Positions 57,806 to 64,000 of a stretch of DNA of 64,000 nucleotides are shown one piece after another (the first letter of the stretch is position 1; every line of letters begins with the position of its first letter). The stretch is taken from positions 3,017-67,016 of the forward strand of contig OMJP01000025.1 in NCBI GenBank assembly GCA_900299405.1, read 5' to 3'. The translations under genes were made by a program, and so were the position numbers. The stretch comes from a bacterium (GTDB lineage: Bacteria; Patescibacteriota; Microgenomatia; UBA1400; PJMF01). Under the pieces are notes generated by a model. That model had not been told where the DNA came from. It was given only the letters and a program-made list of their open reading frames with translations, and did not search any database.

Positions 57806-59503
57806 GTGAGATTAGACGGGTTATTGAACTTTTCTAGCAAAAAACCAAAAAAATACATCTTCGTTTCTGGAGGGGTGTTGTCTGGTTTGGGCAAAGGAGC
57901 TACTGCCGCCTCGATTGGGGTGCTACTCAAAGACCACGGCTATTCTGTCACCAACCTCAAGTGCGAAAACTATCTCAACCTCGACTCTGGCAACATCAAT
58001 CCCATCGAACATGGCGATGTTTTTCTCTGTGAAGATGGCTTGGAGGCCGACTTGGACCTGGGCACCTACGAGCGCTTCCTGGACAAAGAGGTCGGTTACA
58101 CTAACTTTATTACCATGGGGCAGGTTTATTCTTCGGTCATTGAAAAAGCCAAAAATCTCGAGTACGAAGGGGTAACAGTCGACGCTATTCCTTATGTTCC
58201 CGAGGAAGTGATTCGCCGTATTCGTGAAGCTATCGATGGCTATGACATTATTCTGATCGAGCTGGGCGGAACTGCTGGCGAATACCAAAACATCGTTTAT
58301 TACGAGGCTTATCGCTTGATGAAACAAACTCTACCAGATGATGTGCTGTTGGTGCACGTGACCTATTTCCCGACTCCTTCACACATCAACGAGCTGAAAT
58401 CCAAACCTACTCAGCTGTCGGTCAAAAATCTCCAAGCGATGGGCATTCAGCCAGATATAATTGTCGGCCGAGCCGATTCCTATATCGATGACAAACGTAA
58501 AGAAAAGGTGGCGTACTTCTGTAACATGCATAAAGAAGACGTTATTTCCAATCCCAATGTTGAAAGTATTTACCAAATTCCCTTGATCTTTCATGAGCAG
58601 GGAATGGATAAAAGAATTTTGTCGAAGCTCAAACTGCCGATCAAAAGCACCAAAATGAAAACCTGGAAAGAGCTGGTCGACAAAATCATGAGCAAGAAAG
58701 AGCGTAAATTGTCGATCGCGATCATTGCCAAATATATTGCTACCGGCGATTACGAGCTACAAGATTCCTACACCTCGCTGATCGAGTCGCTACATCACGC
58801 CAGCTGGGAAAATGGAGTTGGTTTGGATCTGATTTTTATCAATGCCGAGGCGCTGCAGAAAAAGCAGAAAAAGGCCGTGGCTAATCTGAAAAAGGCCGAC
58901 GGTATCATTGTGCCGATTGGTTGGGGAGAGCGGGGGGTCGAGGGGAAAATCGATGCCATTCAGTACGCCAGAGAAAAGAAGGTTCCTTATTTGGGTCTCT
59001 GTTACGGTATGCAGCTGGCCTCGATCGAGTTCGCTCGCCACGTAGTCGGTCTGGAAAAGGCACACACTCTGGAGGTGGACGAAAACACTCCTGATCCGAT
59101 CATTCACGACATTCCTTTCGAGAAAAAATATCAAAAAATCAAAGGTGTGGGAGCAAGTATGCGCCTGGGTGCTTATGACTGCGTGCTCAAACCAGGAACC
59201 CTGACCTACAAGATTTATGAGCAGCACAAGGCGTTCAAAGACAAAAAGAAAAATCTGATTTCTGAGCGTCATCGCCATCGTTATGAGTTTAATAATAAAT
59301 ATCGTGACATTCTCACTGAAAAAGGTTTCGTCATTTCTGGCACTACTCCAGATGATTTCTTTGTAGAGATGATCGAGCTGCCCCAGAAAGACCATCCTTT
59401 CTTCCTGGCCACCCAGGCTCATCCTGAATACAAATCCAAACCTTTACACCCGCACCCGATCTTTATCGAATATCTCAAGGCAGTTGGTAAGCACGCTAAA
59501 TAG
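57806..59503 (+). CDS. pyrG: CTP synthase
   Basis: KYIFVSGGVLSGLGKG, EHGDVF, LGLCYGMQ, ERHRHRYE, QAHPE; GTG 57806 start inferred. Confidence 0.95.
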   Translation: MRLDGLLNFSSKKPKKYIFVSGGVLSGLGKGATAASIGVLLKDHGYSVTNLKCENYLNLDSGNINPIEHGDVFLCEDGLEADLDLGTYERFLDKEVGYTNFITMGQVYSSVIEKAKNLEYEGVTVDAIPYVPEEVIRRIREAIDGYDIILIELGGTAGEYQNIVYYEAYRLMKQTLPDDVLLVHVTYFPTPSHINELKSKPTQLSVKNLQAMGIQPDIIVGRADSYIDDKRKEKVAYFCNMHKEDVISNPNVESIYQIPLIFHEQGMDKRILSKLKLPIKSTKMKTWKELVDKIMSKKERKLSIAIIAKYIATGDYELQDSYTSLIESLHHASWENGVGLDLIFINAEALQKKQKKAVANLKKADGIIVPIGWGERGVEGKIDAIQYAREKKVPYLGLCYGMQLASIEFARHVVGLEKAHTLEVDENTPDPIIHDIPFEKKYQKIKGVGASMRLGAYDCVLKPGTLTYKIYEQHKAFKDKKKNLISERHRHRYEFNNKYRDILTEKGFVISGTTPDDFFVEMIELPQKDHPFFLATQAHPEYKSKPLHPHPIFIEYLKAVGKHAK

Positions 59504-59548
59504 TTTTTTTGTTGTTTATCTAGCCTTGAGGTGATAGAATGCTCGCCT

Positions 59549-59893
59549 ATGGCACAGTACTTTACTTATCAAGATCAGCAGCTCGCCGCCGGGGACACTG
59601 TTCGAGTGCACCAGGAAATTGTCGAGGGTGGCAAAAAAAGAATCCAGGTTTTTGAGGGCATTATTATCGCGATCAAAAATCGTGGCGCTGGCAAATCTTT
59701 CACTGTTCGCAAAATCGGTGCTAATACTATTGGTGTCGAGAAGATTTTTCCTGTGCAACTGCCCTCAATCAAAAAAATTGAACTAAAACGTCAAGGAGAT
59801 GTTCGCCGCAGCAAGTTATATTACTTGCGTGACAAAGTCGGTAAAGCCGCCACTAGAGTTAAAGAAAAGAGTTCTTTCACCAAAGCAGAATAA
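59549..59893 (+). CDS. rplS: 50S ribosomal protein bL19
   Basis: [31 protein letters not shown]. Confidence 0.96.
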   Translation: MAQYFTYQDQQLAAGDTVRVHQEIVEGGKKRIQVFEGIIIAIKNRGAGKSFTVRKIGANTIGVEKIFPVQLPSIKKIELKRQGDVRRSKLYYLRDKVGKAATRVKEKSSFTKAE

Positions 59894-59894
59894 A

Positions 59895-60242
59895 TTGCGT
59901 AATTTTCGGCTGGGCGCTCGAGGTGAGCGTGTAGCGAAAAAACTGTTGATCGACAAAGGTTATCGAATTCTGGCGGAAAACGTAGTCTTTAAAACTCAGG
60001 AAATTGATTTGGTTGCTCTCGACAATCGTTACCAAGAAGTAGTGTTTGTCGAAGTCAAAACCCGCTGGTCAGCTGATTTTGGCAACCCTAGCGGGGCGGT
60101 GAATTACCACAAGCTCAAGTCAATGAGGCAGGCTGCCAACCAATTCCTCAGAGCCAAAGGCTTACGAAATCTTTACCGTTTTGATATCATAGCGGTTACT
60201 CCTGGAAGAGTAGAGCACTTTGAAAATATTACTTGGCCATAA
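59895..60242 (+). CDS. YraN family endonuclease-like protein
   Basis: GARGE, EIDLVA, VFVEVKTR, RFDIIAV; TTG start inferred. Confidence 0.88.
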   Translation: MRNFRLGARGERVAKKLLIDKGYRILAENVVFKTQEIDLVALDNRYQEVVFVEVKTRWSADFGNPSGAVNYHKLKSMRQAANQFLRAKGLRNLYRFDIIAVTPGRVEHFENITWP

Positions 60243-60243
60243 T

Positions 60244-60315
60244 GGCCCCATCGTCTAGCGGTTAGGACACCGGGTTTTCATCCCGGCAACCGGGGTTCGA
60301 TTCCCCGTGGGGTCA
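60244..60315 (+). tRNA. tRNA-Glu(TTC)
   Basis: GGCCCCA acceptor, CCGGG-TTTTCAT-CCCGG, GGTTCGATTCC. Confidence 0.95.
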
Positions 60316-60349
60316 CAGAGAGATTTTTTTGCTATACTCATTCCTTGTT

Positions 60350-61048
60350 ATGCTTTCTTCGATCATCAGCCCCTTCATAGATTTACTTCATCGTTTCTCG
60401 GAAACTTTGCCGCTGCCGTGGTTCACTGCTATCGGCGCTTTTGTGGAAGAGGTAATTGCTCCCGTACCTTCGCCCCTGGTGATGACTTTGGCTGGTTCGC
60501 TGGCTGGTTCTCAGGGACAAGCGGTGCTGGCGTTACTCTTCTTGGCGGTGGTTGGCTCGATTGGTAAAACGATAGGCAGCTACTTGGTATACTGGCTAGC
60601 TGATAAGGGTGAAGATTTGGTACTGAATAAGTTTGGCAAATTCCTGGGTGTTTCTCACAAAGAGGTCGAGTCGATTGGTAAATATCTCAATGGTAGCTGG
60701 ACCGATGACGTAGTGATTTTCTTGCTGCGTGCCATTCCCATCATGCCTACTGCTCCGGTGTCCTTGGTGGCTGGGCTGATCAAGATCAATCTGAGAACCT
60801 ATCTGGTTTCTACTTTATTGGGGAACATTGTCAGAAACATGGTTTATCTTTATTTCGGCTACACCAGTGTCGGCGCTTTGGAATCTATCAATGAAGGCCT
60901 CGATAGTTTTGAGTCCATTGGTTATGTAGTTTTGGCGGTGATTATGGCTGGCGGCATTCTCTGGTTTTACAGCCAGCGCAAAAAAGGCGGCAAGCTCAAG
61001 TTTATGGAAAAGCTAGCTAGTAAAAAAGCTGATGAACAAGGATCCTAG
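60350..61048 (+). CDS. DedA/VTT family membrane protein
   Basis: EEVIAPVPS, GSYLVYWLA, FLLRAIP, SLVAG. Confidence 0.85.
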   Translation: MLSSIISPFIDLLHRFSETLPLPWFTAIGAFVEEVIAPVPSPLVMTLAGSLAGSQGQAVLALLFLAVVGSIGKTIGSYLVYWLADKGEDLVLNKFGKFLGVSHKEVESIGKYLNGSWTDDVVIFLLRAIPIMPTAPVSLVAGLIKINLRTYLVSTLLGNIVRNMVYLYFGYTSVGALESINEGLDSFESIGYVVLAVIMAGGILWFYSQRKKGGKLKFMEKLASKKADEQGS

Positions 61049-61673
61049 AGATATCAACCTGATTGGTTTGATGGGTCTAACTGGAGTGGGAAAAAGCACT
61101 CTGGTGGATGTAGCTATCAGCCAGCTAGGAATCCAAGGATTCTACGAAGACCCCGGCAACAATCCCTATATCGCTGGCTCATATGCAGAGCCAGAAAAAT
61201 TTGCCCTGAAATCTCAGTTATGGTTTTTGCTCAAAAAACATGAGCTAGTGATGGAGATTCTTCAGCAAGGAAAAACCAGCATTCTCGACATGGCTCCTGG
61301 TGGAGACGCAGCTCATGCTCTGGACAGAACCAACAAAGACAATATTAGCAAGGATGAATATCAAGAAATTTATGAACCATTGTTCGACAAGCTTTTCCCC
61401 TGGCAATTAGTTTCTACCGTGATTTACATGCATGCCAAAACAGACACCATTTTGAAGAGAATTTCTCAAAGGGGTAGAGAGTATGAGACGGGAATCGTGA
61501 CAAAAGATTTACAAAGCCTAGAAAAAGCCAATCTAGCAATGCTTGCCAAGTTGGAAAAAAATGGAGTGAAAATCATCAAGCTGGATACCGAACATATTGA
61601 TCTGGCAAACAGCTCTCAAGACCAACAAAATGCCGCCCAATTTGTCAAAGAAAATGCTATCGATAATCAATAG
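61032..61673 (+). CDS. Deoxynucleoside kinase family protein
   Basis: GLTGVGKST, FALKSQLWFL, RISQRGREYE. Confidence 0.85.
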   Translation: MNKDPRDINLIGLMGLTGVGKSTLVDVAISQLGIQGFYEDPGNNPYIAGSYAEPEKFALKSQLWFLLKKHELVMEILQQGKTSILDMAPGGDAAHALDRTNKDNISKDEYQEIYEPLFDKLFPWQLVSTVIYMHAKTDTILKRISQRGREYETGIVTKDLQSLEKANLAMLAKLEKNGVKIIKLDTEHIDLANSSQDQQNAAQFVKENAIDNQ

Positions 61674-61725
61674 TCCCAACTCGATATTTACATCCTCTCC
61701 CGTTATAATCCAGCTGTAATCTTAT

Positions 61726-61802
61726 GGCACGGTACCAGAGTGGTCTAATGGCGAGGTCTGCAAAACCTTCGTTCGTGGGTTCGAATCCCATCCGTGCCTC
61801 CA
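61726..61802 (+). tRNA. tRNA-Cys(GCA) with encoded CCA
   Basis: GGCACGG acceptor, CT-GCA-AA loop, U73, CCA 61800-61802; TATAAT upstream. Confidence 0.93.
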
Positions 61803-62956
61803 TGAAAAAAACTTACTACATTCAGACTTTTGGCTGTCAGTCGAATAAAAGCGATTCCGAGCGAATCGCGGGTGACTATGAGGCTAGGGGATATACCGAA
61901 GCGAACGCTTGGACTGATACCGATGAGTTAATTGTGAACAGCTGCGCCATTCGCCAGCGAGCCGAGCACCGCGCTCGCGCTTTCGTGCACAACGCCGTGC
62001 AGTACTACCAGGAAAAAGATAAAAAACGCCCCAAGATCATTTTCACCGGCTGTATGCTCCATCACGGCAAAAATAAAATCATGGAAATGATCCCGCAGAT
62101 CGATGAAGTCCTACCTGTCAATGAAGTTGGCTTCAACCAGGCCGCGGTGCGTAAAGACAAAAAACACGCTTGGGTGCCCATCTCTGCCGGTTGCAACTCT
62201 TTCTGCACCTACTGCATCGTGCCTTATTCTCGAGGCAGAGAGCAGTCGCGCAGTATGGAGGAAATTTTGGAAGAAGTAAAAGATCTGGTCGACCAAGGCT
62301 ACAGCGAAATCACCCTGCTGGGACAAAACGTCAATTCTTGGGGTCTGGAAAAAGTCGGCATTGGCCTCAGGAAAATGCTGATGAGCGATGAAAAGCTAAC
62401 CCGAGAGATGCTGCCCGACAACGCCTCCCAATATCTCAAGCCCAAAGGCACGCCACCATTCGTGGAGCTTTTGAGAAAAATCAGCGACTTCGAAGAAATC
62501 ACCATGATTCGTTTTATCAGTAGCAACCCTTGGGACTTCCATGACGAACTGATCAAGGAAATCGGCAATAATAAAAAAATCGACCGCTACGTCCACCTGC
62601 CAATCCAGTCAGGCAGCGACAGCGTTTTGCAAAGAATGAACCGTGGCTACAGCAAAGCAGACTATCTGGAAATCGCCAAAAAACTCAAGGACATCGATCC
62701 CGACATTGTGCTAGGCACTGACATCATCGTCGGCTTTCCTGGAGAAACAGATGAGGAGTTCGCCGAAACCGTCGAAGTAGTCAAAAGCGCTGACTGGAAA
62801 GTCGGCTTTGTGGCAATGTACTCACCGCGACCAGGTACTGCTGCTGATCGACTCTATGAGGACGACGTGCCGCACAAAATAAAAAAACACCGCTGGGATG
62901 TCTTGGACCAAATCATCAACAAAGACAATCTCTCGGTCCGCCCCAAGGTCGTCTAA
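61802..62956 (+). CDS. miaB: tRNA methylthiotransferase MiaB (no C-terminal TRAM domain visible)
   Basis: TFGCQSN, NSCAIR, CNSFCTYC radical SAM motif, HLPIQSGSD, DIIVGFPGET; next to miaA. Confidence 0.88.
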   Translation: MKKTYYIQTFGCQSNKSDSERIAGDYEARGYTEANAWTDTDELIVNSCAIRQRAEHRARAFVHNAVQYYQEKDKKRPKIIFTGCMLHHGKNKIMEMIPQIDEVLPVNEVGFNQAAVRKDKKHAWVPISAGCNSFCTYCIVPYSRGREQSRSMEEILEEVKDLVDQGYSEITLLGQNVNSWGLEKVGIGLRKMLMSDEKLTREMLPDNASQYLKPKGTPPFVELLRKISDFEEITMIRFISSNPWDFHDELIKEIGNNKKIDRYVHLPIQSGSDSVLQRMNRGYSKADYLEIAKKLKDIDPDIVLGTDIIVGFPGETDEEFAETVEVVKSADWKVGFVAMYSPRPGTAADRLYEDDVPHKIKKHRWDVLDQIINKDNLSVRPKVV

Positions 62957-63867
62957 TGGCAAAGCCAACTCTCATCTCCGTCGTCGGTCAAACCGCCACT
63001 GGCAAAACCAGCTACGCACTAAAGTTGGCAAACAAATTTTTCAAGCAAGAGTTTTCCAAAGCAGTCTTACTCTCCGCCGATTCCAAACAAGTCTTCCAAG
63101 GATTGGAAATCCTGACTGGCGCTGATCTGCCAAATGATTTTAAGGCTCAAGAGAATAAAAGCTATCTTTACAGATATTTTGCTAAAGACTCAATTGAAAT
63201 CCATGGCGTCTCGATTGTTCCTGGCGACGCAGAGTGGTCCGTCGCTCATTTTGAGCAGCTTTTTAGAAACCTTTACGACCAACTAGATGAAAAAGCTGTT
63301 CTAATAGTTGTCGGTGGCACCGGACTCTATCACCAGCAAATCTTCAATCCAGCAGCAACTACGCATGTTAAACCTGACCAAGAGTTAAGAACGAAACTAG
63401 AAAAACTGAGCTTGGCAGAGTTGCAGCAGCAACTACAGAGACTTAACCCCCAACGCTGGCGGGCGATGAACAATTCCGATCAGCAAAACCCTCGCCGCCT
63501 CATTCGAGCGATCGAGATCGCTGGGGCAGGGGAAGATCAACAACAAGTTGAGGGAATCGAACTAGACGAACAGTTCGGGTTGCAGCTTGGTGATCGAGAA
63601 CTAAAGCAAGCAATCACTGAGCGAGTTGATCAGCGTCTTGAGCAAGGAGTGATCGGGGAGGTTAAAAAATTTGAGCAACAATATCCAGCAAACAATCTCC
63701 AGGCCAAAGCTTCTCTGGGATACGAACCAATCATCAACCACTTGAACAACAAAATTACCTTGGAAGAACTAAAAAAGGCCTGGATCCAGGAAGAAACTCA
63801 ATATGCCAGGCGACAACAGATCTGGTGGCAGAAAAAAACTGGCATAAACTGGTCGAAAAAGCTATAA
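62956..63867 (+). CDS. miaA: tRNA dimethylallyltransferase
   Basis: GQTATGKT, SADSKQV, VGGTGLY, NPRRLIRAIE, YARRQ. Confidence 0.93.
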   Translation: MAKPTLISVVGQTATGKTSYALKLANKFFKQEFSKAVLLSADSKQVFQGLEILTGADLPNDFKAQENKSYLYRYFAKDSIEIHGVSIVPGDAEWSVAHFEQLFRNLYDQLDEKAVLIVVGGTGLYHQQIFNPAATTHVKPDQELRTKLEKLSLAELQQQLQRLNPQRWRAMNNSDQQNPRRLIRAIEIAGAGEDQQQVEGIELDEQFGLQLGDRELKQAITERVDQRLEQGVIGEVKKFEQQYPANNLQAKASLGYEPIINHLNNKITLEELKKAWIQEETQYARRQQIWWQKKTGINWSKKL

Positions 63868-63874
63868 TACCCCT

Positions 63875-64000
63875 GCGCGCAACCGGGCAAGCACTTGACG
63901 TCTTTAATTTTTGACTTTATCAAAAAAAGAAGCGAAAAGAGGAAAGTCCGGACAGCAGAGTAGACGGTGTCTGATGAAAATCAGAGATCCCCGCCTAGCG
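63875..64000 (+). ncRNA. rnpB: RNase P RNA, 5' part (truncated by window end)
   Basis: Conserved GAGGAAAGTCCGG at 63939-63951; TATAAT 63863-63868; 5' end approximate. Confidence 0.85.

Noticed and set aside
58790-59422. 210-aa antisense ORF and other shadow ORFs in the track
   Set aside because: They lie opposite or inside well-supported genes and have no motifs.

Overview
Compact, gene-dense chromosomal window in standard code 11. It most likely comes from a CPR/Patescibacteria genome of Microgenomates type; this is inferred from gene style, pervasive -10-box-to-ATG leaderless architecture, tRNA-Arg(UCG) and tRNAs without encoded CCA. Content is mostly housekeeping: coaD-coaE fusion, prs, typA, proS, gatCAB, dnaE, ldh, mutM, secA, serS, lysS-HD fusion, greA, an F1Fo ATPase operon, efp, holA, PMM/PGI, a degenerate enolase, lexA, pyrG, rplS and miaB-miaA. 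There are 13 canonical tRNAs, the 5' part of RNase P RNA and an AT-rich GH130 islet next to tRNA-Lys(UUU). No CRISPR array, transposase, integrase or rRNA was seen. The most unusual signal is a protein-free locus at 47949-48346. It holds a 76-nt tRNA-Thr(UGU)-like cloverleaf with encoded CCA and an enlarged 8-nt anticodon loop (UUUGUCAA). Directly downstream is a small RNA with its own promoter and terminator that is antisense to that tRNA's anticodon and D arms, and a third divergent small RNA lies upstream. This is a candidate RNA-only toxin/antitoxin or miscoding-tRNA control system. Other leads: tRNA-Cys whose CCA overlaps the miaB start codon, a probably catalytically dead NDT-RHH regulator, 11-bp periodic putative LexA boxes, and a nonsense-interrupted small membrane protein.
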